DNA from: Amoebidium appalachense
Taxonomy: Eukaryota > Protista > Ichthyosporea
Length of the DNA: 64,000 nt
Assembly: GCA_963693365.1 (NCBI GenBank)
Contig: CAVNZM010000003.1
Coordinates: 2,923,106-2,987,105, forward strand
Direction of reading: 5' to 3'
The translations under genes were made by a program, and so were the position numbers. Position 1 is the first letter of the stretch; every line of letters starts with the position of its first letter. A model generated the notes under the pieces. It searched no databases. It had not been told where the DNA came from and was given only the letters and a program-made list of their open reading frames with translations. This document shows, in pieces, positions 1 to 11,887 of the stretch.

Positions 1-227
1 ACACATACACACACTGTCAGACACACAAACACACACACACAAACACACACACATGCACACACACGGTGCATTTCCCCCCTCCCCTTCCCTCTCCACAGAG
101 CACACACACACACACGTGCACACATGCACACACACGGTGCATCCCCCCTCTCCCCCCCTTCCCTTTCAACTGAGCACATACACATGCACACACACACACA
201 CACAACACACACGATGCACACAGACAT

Positions 228-264
<37 letters not shown>

Positions 265-407
265 CACACACACGGTGCATTTCCCCCCTCCCCTTCCCTC
301 TCCACAGAGCACAGTGTCACACACACACACGTGCACACATGCACACACACGGTGCATCTCCCCTCTCCCCTTCCCTCTCAACTGAGCACATACACACACA
401 CATACAT

Positions 408-457
<50 letters not shown>

Positions 458-631
458 ACATGCACACATGCACGGACACGAATCCCCCCCTTCCCTTTCC
501 CTCTCCACCGAGCACATGCACACATGCACAGCCTGACATAGACATGCACACACACACACACACACCACACACGATGCACAGAGACATGCACACACACACA
601 AACACACAACACACACACACACATACACACA

Positions 632-669
<38 letters not shown>

Positions 670-850
670 CACACACACGGTGCATTTCCCCCCTCCCCTT
701 CCCTCTCCACAGAGCACACACACACACACGTGCACACATGCACACACACGGTGCATCCCCCCTCTCCCCCCCTTCCCTTTCAACCGAGCACATACACACA
801 CACAGACATGCACACACACACAACATACACAGACATCCACACATCTGGCA
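1..850. repeat. (CA)n-rich compound minisatellite
   Basis: Unit catgcacacacacggtgcatttcccc...ctccacagagcac recurs near 52, 261 and 667 within (CA)n runs. ORFs here are His/Thr or Cys/Val dinucleotide artefacts. Confidence 0.9.
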
Positions 851-1515
851 GACACAGAACAGCTTCTAGGACGAGACATTTACCACAAAGTTTATGGGGG
901 GGATGGTGAATGTGCCCCTGGAGTACGAGCCTCTGAGGGTCACACGAAAAAAACACAACGTTGTAGCTCGTATAGAACCCCCCTTGTAGCATAGTATATG
1001 TACATATGTTACCTAGACATTATTGGTTTTTCAATAACTACCCACAGAACAGCCTCTAGCACGAGAGATTTACCACAAAGTTTTTGAGGGGGATGGTGAA
1101 TGTGCCCCTGGAGTACGAGGGTCACACGAAAAAAACACAACATTGTAGCTCGAAGAGAACCCCCCTTGTAGCATAGTATATGTTATATGTACATGTGTTA
1201 CCTAGACATTATTGGTTTTTTCAATAACTACCCACAGAACAGCTTCTAGCACGAGACCTTTACCACAAAGTTTATGGGGGGGATGGTGAATGTGCCCCTG
1301 GAGTACGAGGGTCACACGAAAAAAACACAACGTTGTAGATCGCATAGAACCCCCTTGTAGCATAGTATATGTACATATGTTACCTAGACATTATTGGTTT
1401 TTCAATAACTACCCACAGAACAGCCTCTAGCACGAGAGATTTTACCACAAAGTTTATGGGGGGGATGGTGAATGTGCCCCTGGAGACGAGGGTCACACGA
1501 AAAAAACACAACATT

Positions 1516-2160
1516 TTCGTGTTATTACACCTGATTCTTCCTCTCGCTATCTCACTTCCTCTTTCTTTTCTCTTCCTGTTTTTTCTGCCTTTTCGTGTTA
1601 TCACCATATGCAGTATAAGTTTCTTTCTCGTTCTGATAGAGAAATCAAAAGGTAAAACTCAGTCGGCATGTGTTATGTTCCTTAGGCAACACCGTACTGC
1701 TCATTATTGCTTTTTGGGAGCTTTGGCAGGATACATTTCTCCTGCTGTCCGTATGGATACCACCCTAGTAGATAAGTCTGTATGGTGCTCTGATGTTGAT
1801 ATTGCCTGGGAAGTTGTGCAGTGGCGCTGTAATTCTTGTTTTCATCGCCGCTGGTGCCACTTTTGTGCTGACCTTTTTAATCGCAAGCATGTTGATAGGT
1901 GTGAATTTTTATGTCGCGTTTTACCTCTTTCCCTACGGGTATCTGCTACACTAGCTGGCAATGTGAACACTTTAGACTTTTTGTTGAATTCTGTTGGTCG
2001 TCACATTGAGTATTTATATGATTTTCACACAGTGTTCAGGTATCTCAGTATGCACTTGTTACTGGATAACTCGTGAAGTTTTTATTGTCTTCTCAGTATG
2101 CCGTGCATACTTGCATATCTTTCCGTCGAATAAATCCAGTCAAAAGAAAAAAAAAAAAAA
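1516..2160 (+). mobile_element. 5'-truncated non-LTR retrotransposon (LINE 3' end) inserted in the satellite
   Basis: Unique ~645-bp segment ending in an A-tail (2142-2161), with aacatt on both sides. It encodes WR..C-x2-C..H-x3-C..LDFLLN, resembling a LINE C-terminal Cys/His domain. Confidence 0.6.
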
Positions 2161-2561
2161 ACATTGTAGCTCGAATAGAACCCCCTTTGTAGATAGTATA
2201 TGTACATGTGTTACCTAGACATTATTGTTTTTTTCAATAACTACCCACAGAACAGCTTCTAGCACGAGAATTTTACCACAAAGATTATGGGGGAGATGGT
2301 GAATGTGCCCCTGGAGTACGAGGGTCACACGAAAAAAACACAACGTTGTAGCTCGTATAGAACCCCCCTTGTAGTATAATATATGTCCATGTGTTACTTA
2401 CACATTATTGGTTTTTCAATAACTACCCACAGAACAGCTTCTAGCACGAGAAATTTACCACAAAGTTTATGGGGGGGATGGAGAATGTGCCCCTGGAGTA
2501 CAAGGGTCACACGAAAAAAACACAACGTTGTAGCTCATATAGAACCCCCCTTGTAGCATAG

Positions 2562-3280
2562 TGACATATACTAATCCGTCTCAGCAGATTAGCCTAAGTC
2601 TACGATCGAGATCGGGGGGGGGGGGGGGGGGGGGGGGGGTGGCCCGGGTCCACAGATCATCAAGATCAAGTCCGGGGCCTCAAGATAGCTGTACAGCTGC
2701 GTGCATCTTGCCTCTGCCGGCGCAGGGCATTGGACCACGTCAGCCGGGACAGCCAACCAATAGAATTCTAATTAGTGTGTAGGATAGATCGTAGGAGGAC
2801 TTAGGAATGTGATTGTTCGGGCAGAAGCCCTTTTGTAAGTATTGGCAAGGTTAGATAGTGTATGTTGCCAAACGTATTTATATATGTAGATGTAGAGGAA
2901 AGGGGGGGAGGGAGGGGGGGGGAGGATAGTATGAAATGTAGATTTAGACTCTGCGGTGCCACTAGGGAGAGGGGGAGGGGTGAGACATGGATAAATATAT
3001 TAGTTGAGTAGATCGACTTAGCTCGTGCAGGCGCACGATAAAAGTAGATCGGAATGTTTGGAATGTGGCATCGTAGGGGGCCAGGTGATGATGATCTTTG
3101 AGGGCACGGCCTTGATGGCCTCAGTCGTAACTTAGACTCATTCCGTACGGATCTAAGTTTGCCCGTCGGAGCCTGGTCTGAATAAACTTTACCGTTTTTC
3201 CGTACACGTTCGTTCCTTTTCGTGTGTGTACACTTAGTAGAGTGCCGCGTCTCTAGTACATATACATTTAGGATACGACA
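2562..3280. mobile_element. Solo LTR (719 bp) inserted in the satellite
   Basis: TG...CA termini with an imperfect 13-bp inverted repeat (tgacatatactaa / ttaggatacgaca). 5-bp TSD CATAG at 2557-2561 and 3281-3285. The satellite resumes in register. Confidence 0.8.
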
Positions 3281-4864
3281 CATAGTATATGTACATGTGT
3301 TACCTAGACATTATTGGTTTTTTCAATAACTACCCACAGAACAGCTTCTAGCACGAGAACTTTACCACAAAGTTTATGGGGGGGATGGTGAATGTGCCCC
3401 TGGAGTACGAGGGTCACACGAAAAAAACACAACGTTGTAGCTCATATAGAACCCCCCTTGTAGCATAGTATATGTACATGTGTTACCTAGACATTATTGG
3501 TTTTTTCAATAACTACCCACAGAACAGCTTCTAGCACGAGAACTTAACCACAAAGTTTATGGGGGGGGATGCTGAATGTGCCCCTGGAGTACGAGGGTCA
3601 CACGAAAAAAACACAACGTTGTAGCTCGTATAGAACCCCCCTTGTAGCATAGTATATGTACATGTGTTACCTAGACATTATTGGTTTTTTCAATAACTAC
3701 GCACAGAACAGCCTCTAGCACGAGAAATTTACCAAAACGTTTATTGGGGGGATGGTGAATGTGCCCCTGGAGTACGAGGGTCACACGAAAAAAACACAAT
3801 GTTGTAGCTCGAATAGACCCCCCTTGTATCATAGTACATGTCCATGTGTTACCTAGACATTATTGGTTTTTTCAATAACTACCCACAGAACAGCTTCTAG
3901 CACGAGACATTTACCACAAAGTTTATGGGGGGGATGGTGAATGTGCCTCTGGAGTACGAGGGTCACACGAAAAAAACACAACATTGTAGCCCGGATTGAA
4001 ACCCCCCTTGTACCATATATATAATATATCATGCGGCATGTGTTACTTTCACGTTATTGGTTTCCTAGCACGGGATATTCAGCACACAGTTGGGAGTTGT
4101 GGGGGCAGTGTACACCTACAATATTGGTAAGGTGGTGGTGGATGGGTTGGGGGGGGGGGGGGGGGGGGGGGTTCCACACAACCGAAACTGTCGGTGTTAC
4201 AAGTGGTTCGGTCTTAGGAAGTTAGAAGTCAACGGTGATTTTTTAATAAATAGCGGGAAACAATATTATCCCCATTGCATATGGGGGGAACGAGGAGGGG
4301 GGAGGGGGGGGGGGTTTCACAACGAATTCTATCGACTGTGCATAATTAATGTATATTGCACATGTAGCCTGAAAGATTAAAGTGAATGTGTGTATGTATG
4401 TATATGTGCGAGTATATTTGTGTATGCAATACATGTACAAGTATTAGGGATTGGTTCTTTGCGAGGTCAAAGAGTATATGAGTTTTTTTTTTTTTTAGTT
4501 TTTTTTTTTTTAAAAAAGTTCCGTGTAACACCATGAAAGTTCCATATTTAGGGGGGGGGGGGGGGGGGGGGCCACGATATTGGGTTCCATTGTGATTTGG
4601 ATCAGATAGTTTATTGGTTTTACGATGTCAATGTTGAGACGGGGTCGTAATCACTAAGCCCATGATGCATACTGATAGTCAACAGGTTGAAATATGTCAA
4701 TGTATCGTTATTTAACATGCTTAACTTGTGTTTCCCGTACATGCAAGCTGAGCCAAGTGTATACGTAAACCAAAAATACCCTATCATGATGAGATTTAGA
4801 CAAAATTGAGAAGAAAAAAACCAAGTGGGGTATCACCTATTTTTTCTTTCCACTTGCCACTACT

Positions 4865-4957
4865 AGAGAGAGAGAGAAGGAAGAGGGAGAGAGAGAGACA
4901 GATCAGAGAAAGAGGGAAAGAGAAAGAGAGAGAGAGAAAGAGAAAGAGAAGAGAGAG

Positions 4958-5003
<46 letters not shown>

Positions 5004-5204
5004 TGTGTGTGTGTGTGTGCGTGTTTGTGAGTGGGTGTGTGTGTATGTGTGCTGTGAGCGCGCGAGCATTTATGTGTGTGTGCCGTTGTGTGTGTGCGCG
5101 ACGTCCATGCGTGCACACGTGTGTGGTTTGCAAATGGGTTGTGACTCAACCGCCATATATATGATGTATGCGCACGTGTGCATATGTGTGCGTTCCTGCA
5201 TGCA

Positions 5205-5235
<31 letters not shown>

Positions 5236-5489
5236 CTCATTGTGTGCGGGAGAGGGGAGAGGAGTAGAGCGCACACGGTCTGGAACACAGATAGACGTTT
5301 TCGTCTTTGTAGGTGGGTGGGTGGGGTGGGGGGGGGGGGGGGGGGTGCGCGGGGGGGGAAGAGGGAGGGGGGAGGGGGCATCATGATCAGGGATAACAGT
5401 GTGTGTGCGTGTGTGCGCTTGTGTGTGCATGTGCTGTGTGTGTTGTGTAGGTGTGCGCCTGTGTGTGTGTGCGTGCCTGTGTGTGCGCG

Positions 5490-5522
<33 letters not shown>

Positions 5523-5549
5523 TGTGCATGTGTGAGTGTGTGTGCGTGC

Positions 5550-5616
<67 letters not shown>

Positions 5617-5620
5617 TTGA
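4865..5620. repeat. (GA)n, (GT)n and poly-G low-complexity tract
   Basis: Directly visible dinucleotide and homopolymer runs. Confidence 0.9.
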
Positions 5621-5958
5621 GTGTGAGCATGAGCTGTGGGTGTGAGTGTGAGTATGGGTGTGGGTGTATGCATTCGTGCTTGTGTCCACGTACACGTGTG
5701 ATTTCAAAGAAGTCGAAAGCGCCAGTGACACCCATGTTGAAAAAAAGACAAGCAAGCACGCTAAGAAGGACAGCCTCAAGAAGTAACAGAAACCCTTTCA
5801 TGAACAAAGAAGTGGAGGACACGTAACTATAGTCTGATAGTTGTGACTAAGGGCACTAAGGGTACCGCTAAGGGCACCAAGCTGATGCACACGCGCGCGC
5901 GAGCCGAGATCTATTTTTATCTTTTCCCTAATCAGGCGCGGCGGTTACTAAACCGGTC

Positions 5959-6775
5959 TATAGCAAATAGTGATTGGCTAAACCCAATCCGGTTTGCAAT
6001 TTTTTGTCCGTTTAAGCCTGTACGCACGTTGTTTGCTCCATTTCTCTTCCCCCTTCCCGCAGGTCCGCAGGTCCTTTCCCGCAGGTCGCCTGGTCGCAGT
6101 TCCCTTCCCGCAGGTCGCCTGGTCACAGGTCCCCTCCGCAAGCCGCGCAGCCGCCGTGCTGAATGGTTTCGACCATGCTGCATGCTGCAGCTTCTTCGCC
6201 TAACGGCTGAAAGCCGTTTGAAGGTTAGTTTTGTGTTGCCTGCTTTTGTGCATATGGCGTTTGTCTGTCTGGTCTGTGTCCGTCCTGTGATTATGTCTGT
6301 GTCTGTGTCTGTGTGTGTGTATGTGTATGTGTGTGTGTGTGCGTGCGTGTGCGTGTGTCTGCTGGCTGCAGATGCACGTTGCCTTTTCACGTTCATGAAC
6401 CAGCGACTGTGGGCACTACTTTTGCTGTTAGCGCTATAGCTATCATCCCCTCCACCAATCGTTCAAGTTATTTTCTGCTTCTCTAGACTTCATAAGTTCT
6501 GGTCCGGGTTTCCGTCCTTACTATGTTTGAGGTTGGTTCTGTCGACTCTTTTTTTGCCACTCTCAGTCAGCCCCCTCAGTCCCCCCCCCCCCCCCCCCTC
6601 CCCCCACTTCTCGCAAGTAGGATGAGCTAATTCTTAGCTCGAGTTCCTTTACAGGTTTTGCCAAGGTTGGCCCATGAAGTCATCAGCAGCTATAAGGCTA
6701 GTACGTTATCATCTAGAGGTGGGTACCGGCTCTTTGTCCTATGGCTGCTGTTGTTTCCGTTTTTCGTTTCTGTGT
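5959..6775 (+). repeat. Dispersed repeat, left copy (inverted copy at 60585-61704)
   Basis: tagcaaatagtgattggctaaacccaatccggtttgc... matches the reverse complement of the 60585-61704 region. Includes a gcaggtcgcctggtc minisatellite and CCAAT boxes. Confidence 0.85.
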
Positions 6776-7200
6776 TGCTCCTACATGTGCACGATGACTG
6801 GTTCTTTGATCTGTGCATGTTTAGCATCCATAGGTGGGTACCGGCTCTTTGTCCTATGGCTGCTGTTGTTTCCGTGTTTCGTTTCTGTGTTGCTCTTATA
6901 GCACGATGACTGATCATGTTGGCTTTGTTCAGATTTTGCCTGCTTTGATCTGTGCATGTTTAGCACCCATAGGTGGGTACCGGCTCTTTGTCCTGTTAAG
7001 GTAAATAAAGTATGTCCAGAGGCAAGACCCTGTGGGTCTGGGGCTCTTTGTCCTATGGCTGCTGTTGTTTCCGTGTTTTGTTTCTGTGTTGCTCTTATAG
7101 CACATGAATGATCATGTGCATGTTTAGCACCCATAGGTGGGTGCCGGCTCTTTGTCCTGTTAAGGTAAATATAGTATGGAGGCAAGACCCTGTGGGTCTG
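6715..7200 (+). repeat. Degenerate tandem repeat (ggtgggtaccggctctttgtcct core, ~5 copies)
   Basis: Core recurs at ~6718, 6833, 6972, 7043 (partial) and 7136. Confidence 0.8.
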
Positions 7201-7255
7201 GCACCTCGTAGTCGTCATCGATCGTCAAAGGTTCATGTGGGGTGGGTGGTGGTCC

Positions 7256-7293
<38 letters not shown>

Positions 7294-9046
7294 TAAGATA
7301 TCATCACGACAACCTCCAGCCATCCAACAGATGACTTTAAGGATGACGACGGTCTTTTTAGTGTGACTTTTAGAACATCCTGAAAGATGGCTTTAAAATT
7401 GCATCAAGAAATCTTCCGGTGCTCTTACCAGAACTATGAATATATAATTATTCTATCTATGGGAGCGACCATATATAACGTTAGGCCGTCCTAAAGCCGT
7501 CTAAAGTGTATATTAATTGTGTCTTTTCCTCAATTGATGATGAATCTATATTATGACGTAAATACGTCTCACGCATATCTTGTTTGTGTCACTATGTACC
7601 AATAAAAATATCCCTAGCCAATCGGTGAGTTGCTTTTAGTACGTCCTAAAGTCGATAACTCGTGTTAGACTGAAATAACATATTACATAACTACGTTTTA
7701 AGGATACATTTAGGTTAACCACAACATATCTGTAATATATCTCTGCAAATTCTTCAAGAGGTGTTAAGTATGCTATATAATTCGTCTGAATTACAGAAAG
7801 TAGTATTAAAGATGGATATTGGTGATCGAAAAGCGCTCTTGTAGACGGCTGACCGATAGCTTACAGATATGCTGGGGATATCTGTTTAGTAAAAGTTCAT
7901 AAATATTGTCTTTTTATAGATTCGTTTAAGACATAACAAAGACGGCTCTAAGATATGCTTCGGGGGGGAAGGAACAGATGGAACACGGGATAGGGTTTCG
8001 CCGGGTTACAGATATGCTAAAGGTACAATAAGGACGTACTTACAGAGATGTCTTTAATAGCGCCTGCTACATCAGCAAACTTCCCGGAAGTATTGCCAAC
8101 GTATTTTTTGCTATTGGAGCTATTGGCGATATTGGCAATAGAACCCCTTGCCGCCAATAGGAACGCCATATTGCAATAATATTGCTTTGGTATTGTCAAT
8201 GGTAATACAGTACCATTACCCTCTATTGTCGATATCCCGCTGATATGAATATATTATCCAGTATATGTTACATCAATATCGCCAATACATTAGAGTGCCA
8301 TTACATTACCATTGCATTATTATTGCGCTAGCATTATAGACATATTGCCAATATCAATTATACCCGGGCGATATTACAATAACAACCAAATAATATCAAA
8401 AATACAGATAACGATATGGATAATACTGTATTTCCGCATTGTAGTTGCACTATGAACGCATTATTAATATATTGCCAATATGTAATTCATAGAAATACAA
8501 AGATTTAAATATCAAGAAACATATAAACAATGTATTGCCAACATATGATCCAATTTTAATCAATATATAAATGCGGTATCGCCGATAGGTTGCTTATATA
8601 TCGTAAGTATATTGATGACATAAACAGAGGTATGATTAATACACTCCCAACACATTACAAATAAGGAATATGTAAGTATGTTCCATATCAAGCATATATT
8701 GCCAACATACGAATGATACCACCACCATAAAGATATAAGTGTTGATAATGCATTACATATATATTATAAATATCACACTATATTATCCAAATACATTGCC
8801 AATAAATTGATAATGGGAACGGATGCATGCAAAGTACAGTATAAGTGCGCTTATAATATGAAAGGCATATCGGAGTAACGTCTTATATCTAAGAATAATA
8901 CGTATGACGAACATTGCCAATGTATTAACAATAACTTTATTGATACCTCAATCACATGCTCAATATATTGGCAATATGCACACGGTACGGTAAGCACAGC
9001 CCCATGATCATTGTCAATGTATTGCCAATGTATTGCACATGTCGAC

Positions 9047-9791
9047 ACTACAATAAGGGGCGCGGCACCCCGTGAATGGTGACGTCACAAGTGACGTCAC
9101 ATTCACGCGGTCCCGCACCCCTTAGGATATGGGATATGTGAATATGAGATATGTGATATCTGTGTACACATATCGCGATATGGGATATATGTGATATGGG
9201 TGGATTTATGTACATGAGCACGTGCACACACTGTGTGTGTGTAAAACACGTGCAGAGCACGTGGTTTTAACTAAATGATTAAACAATTAAAGAGAGAGAG
9301 GGCGGAACACGTGTACGCGTACGTGTACGCGTACATGTGGTGCGTACACAAGTGCGGATCAAAGGAATGCGAAGGTTTGCGCAAGGCGTCCAATGGGAAT
9401 TCGAATTCTGAATTCCATGTACAAGGCGTCCAATGGTATTACGGATGCGCAGGGCGGCCAATGATAATTCGGCTCAAAAAAGCAAATTGCCGCACAAGGC
9501 GTCCAATGAGCATTAAGGACAGCACATTCCATCCCCAAGGCGTCCAATGAGCGCCCGGATCGGTCTATCTGGGTCTCTTATTGGACGCCTTAGGTACACA
9601 GGCGGCCGCCGCGACCACACACACACACAAACAAACACGTACCGACGTTGTTTTTTGCAAGATGTTTGCTTTGGAGATTTATTGCACAGGCACAGGCTTG
9701 TTATTTTGCATACCGTTCTTTATTGAGGCGTTGCCCTGGCACAGCCAGGCTTAGCCTAGTAATTATTAAGTAGATTGATACTTGAGATTTA
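9047..9791 (+). repeat. Left terminal inverted repeat (745 bp)
   Basis: Starts actacaataaggggcgcggcacc; reverse complement of 59517-60269 apart from a few substitutions and (CA)n length differences. Confidence 0.95.
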
Positions 9792-9828
9792 TAAGATTGC
9801 AGCCTGAGATCTAAGGTTACATTTCAAG

Positions 9829-10786
9829 ATGTTCAGAGAGAGCCAGGAAGAGTTTGAAGATGACCTGTTGCGGGCACTGGATGCCGACCCGCAGCAGGTC
9901 CTGCAGGCCCACCCCTTTCTGCAGGCCATGTTGGCCCCACCACCCCCACCACCACCCCCTCCCCGGCCTCGCCCCCGCCCCCGCCCCCATCAACCACCCC
10001 GATGACCCCCAGATCATTGCCATGCCCGCCGAGGGCAACTGGCGGCTGCGTTCCCGTGTCGATGACATGCAGGCACGGGGACTGGGTGTGCGTGGCCACA
10101 CCCTCGAGTACCAACCCCTGCGCACCCTTGACGTCACCGAGTTCCCCCAGTTCTTTGCTGCCATGCTGTTTGATGCCATTGCCCGTGCAGATGTGCAGGT
10201 GGGGTACATGCTGATTGTGCGTATCATCAGCCTGCACGTGCAGGCCAACGGTGTGGACAACCAGGTGGGGGATGACGGCAACCCCAATGCCGATGTCACC
10301 AACCGGAGGGTGTTTACGGCCGGCCCCATGGACGTGTTCAATGGTGATGTCAACGCCGTGGTGCTCAAGCTGATGGAGAACATACGTCAACGTACCCAGA
10401 GTGCAGCCGAGACCTTCATGGACGGCCGATCCAGCGTGCATCTGACAGTGGCCCGGCCCAAGGACATGGTGAGGAGGGGGGCCTGCGGCACCCTGTCCAC
10501 CACCACGGGGGTGAATGCACGGTGGCTGCAGGATCTGGTGGAGGCCAAGGCCGTGGTGGATGTGACCGCCCTGGTGCAGGATGCATGCACCACCGACGAC
10601 CCACAGGTGACGGGGGAGACCTGCCAGGACCATCAGCAGCTGCACAGCTTTGCCTACGGCCCCAACTGTGCCCAGCTGTGCCTGGTGTACTGCATGGTGA
10701 TGTGGCTCAAGAAGGCAGCCAATGGCAACGAGCAGGCCAACCTGCCCACCGAGCACACACGCAAGGTGCTGGGCAAGGGGGGCAAC
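9829..10786 (+). pseudogene. polB: N-terminal part of pPolB (terminal protein / vOTU-like region), separated by TRIM insertion
   Basis: ATG at 9829 (MFRESQEEFEDD..) with a probable frameshift in the C-rich tract ~9940-9965 into the 9854 frame. Ends ..GKGGN and joins LMDRKD at 11893 in frame once the TRIM and one TSD are removed. Confidence 0.75.
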
Positions 10787-11887
10787 TGTTGGAGTGCAGA
10801 CTTACGCTCACTCCACAATATGTGTATGTTAGCTTTACAATTGGTTCCGTGTACACAGACACACGCTGACACTCGATCACCACATGCACATCTGCATAGT
10901 TGAGGAATGTTGCCAATTGTGTTTTGACTGCAAACGATTGGTTCACTGGTCCCAGAGATCTCTAAATGAAAGTAACCAATCCGATTAGCGCCTGGCATCC
11001 GGATTACATTCCAGACTGCTGCCCCACGGGTATATAAACCACGGCTCTGCCAGGTGCAGAAATGGAGTTAAGTCATGGAGTTCAGTCATGGAGTTCAGTC
11101 ATGGAGTTAAGTCATGGAGTTAAGTCATGGAGTTCAGTCATGGAGTTAACACACTGAAAGCAGTAAAAACGGGTCAGCGCCCAAGCGCGCCACGACGACC
11201 CTAGTCACAGCGGACTCTACTTCCAACAGGGTTATGGGCCCAGACACGACACCGCGGCCTCTAACTTCATTAGAGACTTTCGCTTCCACAAACTCCATCC
11301 GCAGCAGCCTGCGACATCAACGTCAAGTATTCCACTCATTGGCGGGGCACGCACCACAGTGGAATGCACACCCCGGTCTACCCTGCAAGCAGCCACACTC
11401 ACTCTCTCTTCTCTAGTGGTGTGTACACTTCTCCAATTGGGTAGGGGTGTGGAGTGCAGACTTACGCTCACTCCACAATATGTGTATGTTAGCTTTACAA
11501 TTGGTTCCGTGTACACAGACACACGCTGACACTCGATCACCACATGCACATCTGCATAGTTGAGGAATGTTGCCAATTGTGTTTTGACTGCAAACGATTG
11601 GTTCACTGGTCCCAGAGATCTCTAAATGAAAGTAACCAATCCGATTAGCGCCTGGCATCCGGATTACATTCCAGACTGCTGCCCCACGGGTATATAAACC
11701 ACGGCTCTGCCAGGTGAGAAATGGAGTTAAGTCATGGAGTTCAGTCATGGAGTTCAGTCATGGAGTTAAGTCATGGAGTTAGTCATGGAGTTCAGTCATG
11801 GAGTTAACACACTGAAAGCAGTAAAAAACGGGTCAGCGCCCAAGCGCGCCACGACGACCCTAGTCACAGCGGACTCTACTTCCAACA
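10787..11887 (+). mobile_element. TRIM (miniature non-autonomous copia-type LTR retrotransposon), 1101 bp
   Basis: LTRs at 10787-11228 and 11448-11887 (TGTTGGA...TCCAACA). PBS ggttatgggcccag follows LTR1; G-rich PPT-like tract precedes LTR2; 219-bp non-coding interior; TSD GCAAC at 10782-10786 and 11888-11892. Confidence 0.93.

Larger units (their letters stand above)
853..4020 (+). repeat. ~181-bp tandem satellite array (left), interrupted by two insertions
   Basis: Unit cacagaacagcttctagcacgaga..tttaccacaaagtttatggggggg atggtgaatgtgcccctggagtacgagggtcacacgaaaaaaacacaac..cattattggttttttcaataactacc repeats head-to-tail with ~181-bp period. Confidence 0.95.

Noticed and set aside
17-994. His/Thr- and Cys/Val-rich ORFs (also at 4796-5826, 39025-45547, 59066-59542, 62121-62478)
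   Set aside because: Translations of (CA)n, (GA)n, (AT)n and poly-G/C tracts.
853-4020. Satellite considered as a CRISPR array
   Set aside because: Whole ~181-bp units repeat with no unique spacers, there are no cas genes, and the context is eukaryotic.
9275-9550. 91-aa ORF in the TIR (mirrored at 59756-60031)
   Set aside because: Arises from repeated regulatory motifs; duplicated only because it lies in the TIR.
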